64,000 nucleotides of DNA from Candidatus Sulfopaludibacter sp. SbA3. Its GTDB lineage: Bacteria; Acidobacteriota; Terriglobia; Bryobacterales; Bryobacteraceae. Under the pieces are notes generated by a model. It did no database searches. It was not told where the DNA came from and worked only from the letters and a program-made list of their open reading frames with translations. Below are positions 33,785 to 43,375 of this stretch, piece after piece (position 1 is the first letter of the stretch; every line of letters begins with the position of its first letter). Location of the stretch: positions 81,944-145,943 of the forward strand of contig CAMAVI010000001.1 in NCBI GenBank assembly GCA_945861625.1. The letters are read 5' to 3'. Position numbers and translations under genes: made by a program.

Positions 33785-35601
33785 CTACCATATTGGGAAT
33801 TTCCGCCTATTATCACGATTCGGCGGCGTGCCTTCTCGCCGATGGCGAAATTGTGGCCGCGGCACAGGAGGAGCGTTTCACGCGCCAGAAGCACGATGCG
33901 GGTTTTCCAACGCATGCCGTTGCCTTTTGCCTGCGCAGGGCCGGTATCACCGGGCACGAATTGGATCACGTCGTCTACTACGACAAGCCGCTGCGTAAAT
34001 TTGAACGCCTGATGGAAACTTACATGGACTACGCCCCGCGCGGGTTCGCGAGTTTCGCCAAGGCCATGCCCGCCTGGCTGCGGGAGAAGCTGTGGATGCG
34101 CGAAGAGATTGCGCGCCGCTGTGAGTTTCGGGGGCGGGTGCTCTTCACCGGCCATCATGAAGCGCACGCCGCCAGCGCCTATTTCCCCAGTCCTTTTGAT
34201 CGCGCCGCTGTGTTGACCGTGGACGGCGTCGGCGAGTGGGCCACGGCCAGTTATGGCTATGGACGCGCGAATCAGATGTATCTATTGGCCGAGATGAATT
34301 TCCCGCACTCGCTGGGATTGTTGTATTCCGCCTTCACGTACTACACGGGATTCCGCGTGAATTCCGGTGAATACAAGTTGATGGGATTGGCGCCTTACGG
34401 GGAGCCGCGCTATGTCCAGACCATTCTCGATCATCTAGTTGACATGCGCGAGGACGGTTCGCTCCGTTTGCATTTGCAGTATTTCAACTTCTGCGAAGGC
34501 CTGACGATGACCAGCGGCCGGTTTGACGAGCTGTTCGGTGGTCCGCCCAGGCAACCCGAGTCCCCGCTCACGCAGCGCGACATGGATCTGGCCCGCTCGA
34601 TTCAAGAGGTCACGGAAACCGCCATGCTGCGGATGGCCCGGCATGTCCGCCGGGAAACTGGCGAGTCGAATTTGTGCCTGGCGGGAGGGGTGGCTCTCAA
34701 CTGCGTGGCGAACGGGCGCATGGCCCGGGAAGCCGGTTTCGACCACGTCTGGATTCAACCGGCGGCGGGCGATGCGGGAGGCGCATTGGGGGCGGCCTTC
34801 TCGGTCTGGCACCAATATCTTGGCCAACCCAGGCCCTCGTCTGACGGAGGGCGCGACCGCATGCAGGGTGCCCTCCTGGGTCCTGAATTTACGGCGGAAG
34901 AAATCGCCGCCGCGGCAGCGGGCAGCGGCGTCTCGCTCCGGCGTCTGGAGCGCGCCGATCTGATCGCCGCCACGGCGCGCCTCCTTGCGGACGGGAAAGT
35001 AGTGGCGTGGTTTCAGGGGCGGATGGAATTCGGTCCCAGGGCGCTGGGGGCGCGCAGTATTCTGGGCGACCCACGTTCGCCGGACATGCAGTCGCGCATG
35101 AATCTGAAGATCAAGTTTCGCGAAAGTTTCCGGCCGTTTGCGCCTTCCGTGATTCTGGAGGATGCCAGCCGCTACTTCGATCTCTCTGGCGAGTCTCCCT
35201 ACATGCTGCTGGTGGCGCCGGTGGCGGAACGCTTGCGGATTCCCATGACCGCGGAGGAAACCTCGCGGTTCGGTATTGAGAAACTGCAGGTGCCGCGTTC
35301 GGCGATTCCCGCGGTGACGCACGTGGACTATTCCGCGCGCGTGCAGACCGTCCGGCGCGAAGACAATCCTCTCTACCATGACTTGCTCGCCGAGTTCGGG
35401 AGGCTGACCGGCTGCCCGGTGTTGATCAACACTTCTTTCAACGTGCGGGGGGAGCCCATCGTTTGCACACCGGAGGACGCGGTGCGCTGCTTCCTGCGGA
35501 CGAATATGGACGCTCTCGTCATGGGCGGTTTCCTGCTTGAAAGAGCAAACGCGGACGAAGTGGATGCGGATTCCTGGCAGGAGGAATTTCAACTCGACTG
35601 A
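33781..35601 (+). CDS. Carbamoyltransferase (NodU/CmcH family), copy 2
   Basis: Track ORF 33745..35601; GTG 33781 overlaps the preceding stop and gives (M)TTILGISAYYHDSAACLLADGEIVAAAQEERFTRQKHD. HHEAHAASAYF and NTSFNVRGEPIV motifs are present. Confidence 0.9.
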   Translation: MTTILGISAYYHDSAACLLADGEIVAAAQEERFTRQKHDAGFPTHAVAFCLRRAGITGHELDHVVYYDKPLRKFERLMETYMDYAPRGFASFAKAMPAWLREKLWMREEIARRCEFRGRVLFTGHHEAHAASAYFPSPFDRAAVLTVDGVGEWATASYGYGRANQMYLLAEMNFPHSLGLLYSAFTYYTGFRVNSGEYKLMGLAPYGEPRYVQTILDHLVDMREDGSLRLHLQYFNFCEGLTMTSGRFDELFGGPPRQPESPLTQRDMDLARSIQEVTETAMLRMARHVRRETGESNLCLAGGVALNCVANGRMAREAGFDHVWIQPAAGDAGGALGAAFSVWHQYLGQPRPSSDGGRDRMQGALLGPEFTAEEIAAAAAGSGVSLRRLERADLIAATARLLADGKVVAWFQGRMEFGPRALGARSILGDPRSPDMQSRMNLKIKFRESFRPFAPSVILEDASRYFDLSGESPYMLLVAPVAERLRIPMTAEETSRFGIEKLQVPRSAIPAVTHVDYSARVQTVRREDNPLYHDLLAEFGRLTGCPVLINTSFNVRGEPIVCTPEDAVRCFLRTNMDALVMGGFLLERANADEVDADSWQEEFQLD

Positions 35602-35987
35602 TGCGCCCGGCGACAGAACAAAAAACGGTAGTCGTGCTTTCCTTTGCGCTGACGGGGTTCGCCGGACTCAGCTATTGGCGCGGTCATGAAGCCCGCGCCG
35701 AGGCTATGTGGGGATGTGCGCTGGTTCTGGTGGCAGCCGCATTCGTGTCGCGCAAGTTTGCTGCTTGGTTTCACCGGGCCTGGTGGCGCGCGGCTCGCGT
35801 GGTGGGGGCCGCCCACACGATGGCGGTCCTGGCTTTGCTGTACTTCCTGGGGTTCACGGCGTACCGTCTGTGGGGACGGCTGGTGGGCAAGGATTCGCTC
35901 GGCAGGCGGGCTCCGCCGCAGGCCAGCTATTGGATTCCACGGGTGCGCACACATCCCAGCCGGTGGGAATTTGAGAGGCTCTACTAA
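35601..35987 (+). CDS. SxtJ-family small membrane protein
   Basis: 128 aa with 3 hydrophobic segments. The tail ...LVGKDSLGRRAPPQASYWIPR... resembles the GKDP-L...SYW motif I recall for SxtJ-like proteins. 1-nt overlap with the carbamoyltransferase stop. Confidence 0.6.
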   Translation: MRPATEQKTVVVLSFALTGFAGLSYWRGHEARAEAMWGCALVLVAAAFVSRKFAAWFHRAWWRAARVVGAAHTMAVLALLYFLGFTAYRLWGRLVGKDSLGRRAPPQASYWIPRVRTHPSRWEFERLY

Positions 35988-35989
35988 AC

Positions 35990-36151
35990 ATGCGGGAAAA
36001 ACTTACTGTGGTGACGGAGTTATGGGAATTACTGGCTTCCGGCGGCAAGCTGTGGCTGCTTCCTTTGATGCTGGCGATGCTCTTGCTTGGCGGATTGCTG
36101 GTGTTCGCACAGACCTCGGCGCTGGCGCCTCTCATTTACACGTTGTTCTGA
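35990..36151 (+). CDS. DUF5989 (SxtK-like) 53-aa membrane mini-protein, below the ORF-track length cut-off
   Basis: My own translation: MREKLTVVTELWELLASGGKLWLLPLMLAMLLLGGLLVFAQTSALAPLIYTLF*. The KxWLLP...LLLGGL...APxIYTLF pattern matches the DUF5989 family that follows carbamoyltransferase and SxtJ genes. It starts 2 nt after the sxtJ-like stop. Confidence 0.65.
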   Translation: MREKLTVVTELWELLASGGKLWLLPLMLAMLLLGGLLVFAQTSALAPLIYTLF

Positions 36152-36168
36152 CCCGTTTTTTAACCCAA

Positions 36169-37275
36169 ATGAATCGCGCCGCCCAGATGATTGCACAAAC
36201 GCTGCTGCTGCTGCTGCTGACCGAAGGCGGCGCGCGCCTGGCCGAATGGATCCATCCGGGCGGCGAGGATATCGTGTTCGACTATGCTCCTTACCGGATG
36301 CAGCGCATGGTCCGCGCGCCGTGGCCCTTGAATCGCGAGGGATTCCGCGCCGGCGCGCTGGAGTCGTATAAGGGCTCGTTTTTGGTGGAATTCCTGGGCG
36401 GCTCGGTGTGTCTAGGGGAAGGTATGAATCCCGGTAGGCCGGTGCCGGAGCGTCTGGAAGAGATGCTGCACGCGGCCGGTCTGGCGCAGGCCCGTGTACT
36501 CAACTTGTGCCAGGGAGGCGCGAGTTCGGCGCAGGAGCTGGCCATCTTCACGCAATTTGGATTACCGCTGGAACCGCAAGTGGTGGTGTCGTTTGATGGC
36601 GCCAATGACCTGATGCATCCGCGGCCCATTGGCGATGACGAGGAGGCGAATCTGCCGTACCGAGACGCCCAAATGCGCGCCCAGTTCTATGGCCATCATT
36701 CCTGGGTTGCTCATCTGGCCCTGGCCCGTGTGGCGAGCCGGCTCGCGCGCTACGCGCCGGTTACCAGGGTCGGTCGAGTTACCAGGGCCGGTGGAGGGGT
36801 CGCGCGGGAGGAAATTCTAGGTTCCTATTTGTATACGTTGGGTCTCACGCGGACGTTGGCGGAGTCCCGTGGCGCCCTCTATACGGTCATGTTGCAGCCG
36901 ACGCTTCATTTTGCCAAGCCCTGGAGCCCGGAAGAAACCATAATGTGGACTCGTTTACGGCCCGGCAACGGGGAAGAGATTTCACGCCGCGCGGCGGCGC
37001 TCTACTCGGCGGCGATTCCGGCGCTGGGCCTTTGGGCTCGTGGCGGGGACACGCAAGTTCTGGATTTAACGCGTGTGTTTGAGAACACGCCGGAGATGAT
37101 TTATTCCGACAGCGTCCATTTCTCGGGCGAACGTGGATACGCCATGTTGAGCGCGGAAATCCAGAAGCAAGGTCTATTCCGAGAGATTACGCGCCGGTAT
37201 CAAGAATGGGAGCGCCGGACTGGCAAGGTGGGGCAAATGATGCCGCGGGAAGTGTCGTGGGCGCCGCAACCCTGA
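36169..37275 (+). CDS. SGNH/GDSL-type hydrolase or acyl-esterase family protein
   Basis: The track ORF 35686..37275 has a spurious 5' extension. ATG 36169 gives MNRAAQMIAQTLLLLLLTEGG... (membrane anchor). FLGGS (block I), DGANDL (block III) and YSDSVHF (block V, D-x-x-H) are present. Confidence 0.6.
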   Translation: MNRAAQMIAQTLLLLLLTEGGARLAEWIHPGGEDIVFDYAPYRMQRMVRAPWPLNREGFRAGALESYKGSFLVEFLGGSVCLGEGMNPGRPVPERLEEMLHAAGLAQARVLNLCQGGASSAQELAIFTQFGLPLEPQVVVSFDGANDLMHPRPIGDDEEANLPYRDAQMRAQFYGHHSWVAHLALARVASRLARYAPVTRVGRVTRAGGGVAREEILGSYLYTLGLTRTLAESRGALYTVMLQPTLHFAKPWSPEETIMWTRLRPGNGEEISRRAAALYSAAIPALGLWARGGDTQVLDLTRVFENTPEMIYSDSVHFSGERGYAMLSAEIQKQGLFREITRRYQEWERRTGKVGQMMPREVSWAPQP

Positions 37276-37322
37276 CTGCCGGCCATCCGGATGCGGCCCG
37301 CTGGCGTCCGTTGCTCGGAGCC

Positions 37323-38651
37323 ATGAGCAAGACGGGCGGCGCAGCGCTGGTCAGCGGCCTGTTGGGTGCCTTGGCCGTCAAGACGATCGCGGTGGTTGCC
37401 GGTCCCGCCCATGTCGCCTTGTTTGCCACACTGCAACAAATCCGGCAGGCGGGTCTGGCGGCTGCCACCGGCAACGGCCTAACCGCCGTGGTGCGCGGGA
37501 CAAGCGCGCTGGATGGCGTAGCGCGGCGCGAGTATCTGCGAACATCCTCATGGATTTTTGCCGGGGCAACCGCACTCGTCGCACTGATCCTGATTCTGGC
37601 TCCGCAGTGGGTGGCGCGGTTGGCGGGCTTACCGCCGCCGGCGAGCCGCGCGCTGCCTTGGTTAACCGTTGCCGTGATCGGCTCGAGTTCATTTGTGTTT
37701 GCCAGCGCGCTTCTCAACGGACTGGGCAGAATCGGAACTCTAGCAAATCTGCAAGTATGGGCGGCCGTTGCGATGGCGGCAGGAGCTTGCTACCTGTCGC
37801 GGAGCCTTTACGTGAATTCTCCGGAGGCTCTTTCCTGGCTTCTTGGTTTTTCGGCGGCGATGAGCGCCCTGGCGGCTGTGGGCGCCCTATCGGGTTGCCG
37901 CGGTGAATGGCGAACCTATTTTTGCGGACCGGGCCGCATGTGGTCCGCGAGCGCGGCGCGGGGCTTTCTCACGATGTCGGCGGGAATGCTGGTGAGCGGG
38001 CTGCTCGCCTCGTGCGTCCTGCTTCTGGTTCGCGCCAGAATCACGTCCACCCAAGGCGTGGAGGTTACCGGTCATTTCGACGCCGCCTGGGGGATCAGCA
38101 TGAACCATGCCGCGCTGGTTCTATCCTCCCTGCAGGCCTATTATTTGCCGGCATTGGCGCGGGCGCGTGAACCCGTCGCAAGAAGCCATCACATTTCAAA
38201 TGTGTTGGCCGTGACCGCCGGGGCCGCCGCGATTCTCATTACCGGAATCGCCTACTTGAAGCCGCAACTGATTTTCTGGTTCTATGCACAGTCCTTCCGC
38301 CCAGGGGCGCTGTACTTACGTTGGACTTTGATCGGGGATTACCTCAAAGTCACGAGCTGGGTTCTGTCGATCCCGCTCCTGGCCGCCGCGAACATGAGAG
38401 TTTTCGTGGCCGCTGACGTAGCTGCCTATGGGACCTTCTGGGTCGCGGCAATGGTCCTGGCCCATTGGTTCACGGCGGCGGCGAGCGCCGCGATGGCTTT
38501 TGTCCTGATGTACTTGACCCACCTACTGATCTGCGGGATTTATTTGTTCGGCTACCAGCATGTAAGAATCACGCGCGCGGCCTGCGCCGCCTGGTTGGCT
38601 GGTTTGGCTTTGGTGGCCTCCGCGTCAGCGCTGTTCTGGAGCCGGGTATGA
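37323..38651 (+). CDS. wzx: Oligosaccharide flippase (Wzx / polysaccharide biosynthesis protein family)
   Basis: Track ORF 37206..38651; ATG 37323 is preferred (MSKTGGAALVSGLLGAL...). It is polytopic with about 12 hydrophobic segments and lies within the EPS locus. Confidence 0.7.
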   Translation: MSKTGGAALVSGLLGALAVKTIAVVAGPAHVALFATLQQIRQAGLAAATGNGLTAVVRGTSALDGVARREYLRTSSWIFAGATALVALILILAPQWVARLAGLPPPASRALPWLTVAVIGSSSFVFASALLNGLGRIGTLANLQVWAAVAMAAGACYLSRSLYVNSPEALSWLLGFSAAMSALAAVGALSGCRGEWRTYFCGPGRMWSASAARGFLTMSAGMLVSGLLASCVLLLVRARITSTQGVEVTGHFDAAWGISMNHAALVLSSLQAYYLPALARAREPVARSHHISNVLAVTAGAAAILITGIAYLKPQLIFWFYAQSFRPGALYLRWTLIGDYLKVTSWVLSIPLLAAANMRVFVAADVAAYGTFWVAAMVLAHWFTAAASAAMAFVLMYLTHLLICGIYLFGYQHVRITRAACAAWLAGLALVASASALFWSRV

Positions 38652-39634
38652 AGATCTCCGTCGCCATAGCCACGTACAACCGCGCAGCCATGGTGCGCGA
38701 GGCCATCGCAGCCGCGCTGGCGCAGTCCCGGATGCCGGACGAGATTGTGGTGGCCGATGACGCGTCGACGGATGGGACCGCCGAGCTGCTTCTGCCGCTG
38801 GCGGCCGGCGACCCACGGGTCCGCCTCATCCGGCGGGAGAAGAACTCGGGTGGAGTTGAAAACTGGAACACGGCGATGAGGGCCACGCGAGGTGATTTCA
38901 TCGCCTGGTGCTCCGATGACGACCGGTTTCTTCCGGGGCACTTGGAAGCCGCTCACGAGTATCTCGCGGCTCATCCGGAAGTGGGTTTGGTGCATTCCGG
39001 ATTCATGGATGCCCTGGAGTTCGCCGGGGGGCGCTCGCGGATCGAACCGCGGCCGCTCCGGTCGCCGGTGCCGCTGAGGGTCGGCCGCGGCAACTTGTTT
39101 CGCTATTTGATCCGCTATTACGACTGGCCATTCCATCCTTCGACCCTGGTCATGCGCCGGGAAGTGTGGGAGCAGGTGGGGCCTTTCGATTCCGCTTATG
39201 CGTTAGCCGACACGGACTGGTTCGTGCGCGCGGCGGAGCAGTTTCCGGTCGCTCTGCTTCCGCGTTACGGAGTTCTCAACCGGCGTCACGGGGGCAATTG
39301 GAGCAATCGCGTGGGCAGTGCGCAAATGCAGATGGAAATCTTCGCGATCGTGGAGCGGGCCATGCTCCGGCGCTGGCCCAAGTTCTCGTTACCAGGAATG
39401 CTTTGGCGGGCGGCCTGGCGAGCCAACGTCTGCCTGCGTCTCGCGCTTACATTGCGCGCGCGCCTGCGCAGCGGCCAGAGCGATGCCGCTTGTGCCGCGT
39501 GGCAATCTCTGCTGCGGGTGGCTGGCCGGCATTGGGCATGGATCCTGGAGCGGCCGGGCCGGCTCATCATCCGGCGCTGGGCCACTGGAGTTCTGGCTGG
39601 CGAGAGATCCCGGCAAAGCCTGAGCCCTTTATAA
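38648..39634 (+). CDS. Glycosyltransferase family 2
   Basis: ATG 38648 overlaps the wzx stop. MKISVAIATYNRAAMVREAIAAALAQSRMPDEIVVADDASTDGT and ..WCSDDD.. are GT-A motifs. Confidence 0.85.
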   Translation: MKISVAIATYNRAAMVREAIAAALAQSRMPDEIVVADDASTDGTAELLLPLAAGDPRVRLIRREKNSGGVENWNTAMRATRGDFIAWCSDDDRFLPGHLEAAHEYLAAHPEVGLVHSGFMDALEFAGGRSRIEPRPLRSPVPLRVGRGNLFRYLIRYYDWPFHPSTLVMRREVWEQVGPFDSAYALADTDWFVRAAEQFPVALLPRYGVLNRRHGGNWSNRVGSAQMQMEIFAIVERAMLRRWPKFSLPGMLWRAAWRANVCLRLALTLRARLRSGQSDAACAAWQSLLRVAGRHWAWILERPGRLIIRRWATGVLAGERSRQSLSPL

Positions 39635-39648
39635 AGCGCAACAACATC

Positions 39649-41394
39649 ATGTGTGGAATTGCAGGTTTATTGGGATTGGATGTGGCTCCCGGGCCGGAGC
39701 CCGAAGATCTGGTGCGTCAAATGATCGACCTACAGAGCCATCGCGGGCCGGACGGACGGGGGCTCTTTCGCGACCGCCAAGTAGTGTTGGGACACTGCCG
39801 GCTGGCGATTGTCGGTCTGGGTGAAGCGGGACGCCAGCCCATGACCTCGCGCGACGGCCGCTGGACCATTGTGTTCAACGGCGAAGTCTTTAACTATCCA
39901 GAATTGCGCGAACAATTAGGTGGGCCATTTGCCAGCTCGACCGACACGGAGGTGTTACTCGCGGCCTGCGCGGCTTGGGGTGTGGAAGGCGCTCTCGGCC
40001 GCGTGGCGGGCATGTTCGCGTTTGCGCTGTGGGATGCGCGGGAGCGCGTGTTGACCCTCGCGCGCGACCGGTATGGCGAAAAGCCGCTCGTACATTTTTG
40101 GGATGGCAGGACGCTGGGCTTTGCCAGTGAGATGAAGGCGTTGGCCCCGCTGCACGACGCAACGCTCGATCCAGTGGCCGTAGACGCCTACCTGGCGCTG
40201 GGCTATGTGCCGGCTCCGCTGGCCATTTTCCAGAGATGCGCTAAGCTCCCGGCGGGCCACCTATTGCGCCTCGCTCCGGGTGAAGCGCCCCGGCCGGTGC
40301 GCTGGTGGTGTCCCCCGCGAGCCAGCGCGACCGTGAACGATGGCGCCGGGCGGCAGGAAGCTCTCCGCGAGCAGGTCGCCCGCGCCGTCGGCCAGCGCAT
40401 GCGCGCGGACGTTCCCATCGCTCTGTGTCTGAGCGGAGGAGTGGATTCCTCCGTGATCGCGGCGGAGTGCCGCCGCCAAGGTCACCGGCCGGAAGCCTTC
40501 ACGATTGCCTTTGCCAAGCAAGACCCCGGCGCGCTCTTTGCCAGCAAGGTCGCGGAAGGGCTGGATCTGCGGCACGAGGTCATTGAAATTCCGGAGATCC
40601 GCATCGCGGATGAACTGGTTCCTTTAGCGGGCCTCTATGACGAGCCCTTTGCCGATAGCTCGGCCGTGCCTTCCTACGTGCTGGCGAGAGCGCTGGCGGG
40701 ACGCTACAAGGTCGTGTTGAACGGGGATGGAGGCGATGAAACCTTCGGCGGCTACCGGCACTACGAATGGATCGCCGCCAAGCAGGCGATTAAGGCCATG
40801 GCAGCGGCCGCCGGATTGTGCGATGGCGCCGGATCGGGGCCGGCCGGTGTCTACCTACAGTCGAAAGTGACCTTCCGCGCCGCCGAGCGGCAACAGATAC
40901 TCGCCGAGCGCGCGGCAGGCAACGTGTTTGCGGCGGAGCGGTCCGCGCTGTGGTTGGAGACCACCGAAGAAAACGCATTGCGGAGGGCGCTCCGGACCGA
41001 TCGCCATCTTGGGCTCGCCAACGGGTTGACTTACAAGATGGACATCGCGCTGGGAGCATTTGGTATAGAGGGCCGAGCCCCTTTTCTGGATCATCGGCTC
41101 ATTGAATGGACCCAGGGGCTTGCCGATGGCGACCTGGTTTGCGGCAGTGAAAAAAAAGTTCTTCTGCGCGCGGCCTACGCGCGGGAGTTACCGGCGGAAG
41201 TATTGGCCCGGCCCAAGCAGGGGTTTGGCGCTCCGATCGACCGCTGGCTGACCGGTCCTCTGCGGGAGCTCAGGCAGGCGTTGTTGCCGTGTCCCTTGCT
41301 GGCTCCCGGCGGGCAGAGGGGCTGGTCAGGTCAAAAACTGTGGACGTTGCTGCTTTTCGCGGCATGGGCCCGCCAGTGGAGGGCCAAATGGTAA
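39649..41394 (+). CDS. Asparagine synthase (glutamine-hydrolysing) family amidotransferase
   Basis: Track ORF 39166..41394; ATG 39649 gives MCGIAGLLGL (Ntn Cys2). The PP-loop LSGGVDSS is present. Confidence 0.9.
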   Translation: MCGIAGLLGLDVAPGPEPEDLVRQMIDLQSHRGPDGRGLFRDRQVVLGHCRLAIVGLGEAGRQPMTSRDGRWTIVFNGEVFNYPELREQLGGPFASSTDTEVLLAACAAWGVEGALGRVAGMFAFALWDARERVLTLARDRYGEKPLVHFWDGRTLGFASEMKALAPLHDATLDPVAVDAYLALGYVPAPLAIFQRCAKLPAGHLLRLAPGEAPRPVRWWCPPRASATVNDGAGRQEALREQVARAVGQRMRADVPIALCLSGGVDSSVIAAECRRQGHRPEAFTIAFAKQDPGALFASKVAEGLDLRHEVIEIPEIRIADELVPLAGLYDEPFADSSAVPSYVLARALAGRYKVVLNGDGGDETFGGYRHYEWIAAKQAIKAMAAAAGLCDGAGSGPAGVYLQSKVTFRAAERQQILAERAAGNVFAAERSALWLETTEENALRRALRTDRHLGLANGLTYKMDIALGAFGIEGRAPFLDHRLIEWTQGLADGDLVCGSEKKVLLRAAYARELPAEVLARPKQGFGAPIDRWLTGPLRELRQALLPCPLLAPGGQRGWSGQKLWTLLLFAAWARQWRAKW

Positions 41395-42359
41395 CGGTGC
41401 TGATGCCGGTGAGAGATACGCCGCCCGCGATGCTGCGGCAGGCCGCGGAATCGATTCTTGGCCAGAGCTTTGGCGCCTTTGAGTTTCTGATTTTGGATGA
41501 CGGAAGCCGGAACGGAGACACGGTCCGCGAGTTGGAACGGCAGGCCGCCGCCGATGCGCGGGTTCGTCTCCTTGCCACGGGAGGCGTGGGCGTGACCAAG
41601 GCCCTAAACCGGGGACTCGAACTAGCGTCTGGTGAATTCATCGCCCGCCAGGACGCCGACGATTGGAGCGATCCGGGGCGGCTCGAGATCCAATGCGGCT
41701 TCCTGCAAGCGCACCCGGAACTGGCACTATGTGGAAGCAACGCCTGGATGCATCGCGGCGACGGACGCCCGTTGTGGCCCACCCGGCTGCCCGAAGATAC
41801 CGCCGGGATTCGCGATGCGTTCTGGCGGCGGAACCCTTTCGTGCACGGCGCGGCCATGTTCCGGACCAATGCGGCGCGCGCCGCCGGCGGATACCGGGAG
41901 GAGTTTCCGTGCGCGCAGGATTACGACTTTTTCTGGCGGCTCTCCGATACCTATGGCGCGGCCAATCTCCGGCGGGCGCTGTATCACTACCGCTATAGCT
42001 CCGGCTCGGTCAGCGTCAGGAGGGCGGAGGATCAGGCCCGCGCGCACCGCGCCGCGCAGATTCTCGCGCGCGAGCGGCGGGCGAGGTCATCCCGCGAAGA
42101 CTCGCATCAGGATACGCAGAGGGAAGTCCGCCGCGCTCTTGCCGCCGCCGCCGCGGAACTGGAGAGCAGCGGGGGGGCGCTGCGCGCCGCGCTGAAACAA
42201 GCGGATCACCGTATGCTTGCCGGCGATTTGCGGGGAGCGGGCGGCGTCTTCCTCGGTCTGTTAAAAGCCCATCCGGGCAGTGGCTTGGCGTGGGGGAAGC
42301 TGGCGCGCTGGGCCGTGTTTTCAGCCCTCCCTCCGGTGCGGGAGACGTGTTTCCGGTGA
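41388..42359 (+). CDS. Glycosyltransferase family 2
   Basis: ATG 41388 gives MVTVLMPVRDTPPAMLRQAAESILGQSFGAFEFLILDDGS.... The ARQDADD motif is present. Confidence 0.85.
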   Translation: MVTVLMPVRDTPPAMLRQAAESILGQSFGAFEFLILDDGSRNGDTVRELERQAAADARVRLLATGGVGVTKALNRGLELASGEFIARQDADDWSDPGRLEIQCGFLQAHPELALCGSNAWMHRGDGRPLWPTRLPEDTAGIRDAFWRRNPFVHGAAMFRTNAARAAGGYREEFPCAQDYDFFWRLSDTYGAANLRRALYHYRYSSGSVSVRRAEDQARAHRAAQILARERRARSSREDSHQDTQREVRRALAAAAAELESSGGALRAALKQADHRMLAGDLRGAGGVFLGLLKAHPGSGLAWGKLARWAVFSALPPVRETCFR

Positions 42360-43375
42360 ATCGCCTGCGGGTGCTTTTCGTCATCCCGGGAGTGGCGCGG
42401 GGCAACTCCATGATTTTCGCCCGCCGGCAAGCGGAGAGTTTGCGCCGTGCCGGAGTGAACGTGGCGGTATTCCACTTGCGATCCCGGACTTCGCTGGCGC
42501 TGGTGACCCGCGAGTGGGTGCGCTTCCGGAGATGCCTGCGCCGCTTCGCTCCTCACGTTGTCCACGCCCATTTCGGTACGGTGACGGCCATGTTCGCCGC
42601 ATTGGCGGCGCCCGGCGTGCCGCTGGTGATCACATTTCGTGGTGGTGATTTGAACCCGCCTTCGCCGCAAGCCTCCGTAGGCGAAAAATTGCGCGCGGCT
42701 TTGGGCAGGATGCTATCCCAGATGGCGGCTCTGCGGGCGGCGCGGATGATCTGCGTGAGCGGGCCATTGCGGGCCCGGCTCTGGTGGCGCCGGAACCGTG
42801 CCGTGGTCTTGCCCAGCGGAGTGGACCCGGAAATGTTTGCTCCCGAGCCGCGGCTGCGGGCGCGCCAGCGTCTGGGCTGGAAAGAGGCCGACCGAGTCGT
42901 CTTGTTTAATGCCGGCGGCGACCCGCTGATTAAACGCTTGGATCTGGCACGCCAGGCTGTCGAGCAAGCCAAGCTCCACGTTGGTGGCTTGCGCATGCAG
43001 ATTTTGGATGGGAGTACGCCCCCCGCGCAAATGCCGGCGCTGATGAACGCGGCCGATTGTCTGCTTCTCACCAGCGATGCGGAGGGTTCGCCGACCGTAA
43101 TCCAGGAGGCTCTGGCGTGCAACCTTCCGGTGGTCAGCGTGGATGTCGGCGACACGGCCGAGCGCCTGCGCGGCGTGGCTGCTTCGCATATTGTGGCGCG
43201 TCATCCGGAAGCGATTGCCAGGGCGCTGGCCGGCATATTGTCGCCGCCCACGCGCAGTGACGGCCGCCGCAAGATGCCGGAGTTTTCTTCCAACCGCATC
43301 GCCGCCGAGCTGCAACGCATTTACCTGGGTCTTGCGCGCTCTCCACGATTAGCCATGACGGAGGACCCCACCTAA
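42356..43375 (+). CDS. Glycosyltransferase family 4 (GT-B fold)
   Basis: GTG 42356 overlaps the previous stop. LRVLFVIPG at the N-terminus and the C-terminal EGSPTVIQEALACNLPVVSVDVGD (E-x7-E-like) motif are present. Confidence 0.8.
   Translation: MNRLRVLFVIPGVARGNSMIFARRQAESLRRAGVNVAVFHLRSRTSLALVTREWVRFRRCLRRFAPHVVHAHFGTVTAMFAALAAPGVPLVITFRGGDLNPPSPQASVGEKLRAALGRMLSQMAALRAARMICVSGPLRARLWWRRNRAVVLPSGVDPEMFAPEPRLRARQRLGWKEADRVVLFNAGGDPLIKRLDLARQAVEQAKLHVGGLRMQILDGSTPPAQMPALMNAADCLLLTSDAEGSPTVIQEALACNLPVVSVDVGDTAERLRGVAASHIVARHPEAIARALAGILSPPTRSDGRRKMPEFSSNRIAAELQRIYLGLARSPRLAMTEDPT

Noticed and set aside
35686-36168. 5' extension of the 529-aa track ORF 35686..37275
   Set aside because: The extension overlaps, in another frame, the SxtJ-like gene and the DUF5989 mini-ORF, both of which have family-like sequences. 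The SGNH protein has a sensible start with a membrane anchor at ATG 36169.
36201-36218. (GCT)6 trinucleotide run as a possible phase-variation tract
   Set aside because: It encodes LLLLLL in the N-terminal membrane anchor of the SGNH protein. Slippage would stay in frame and only change anchor length.
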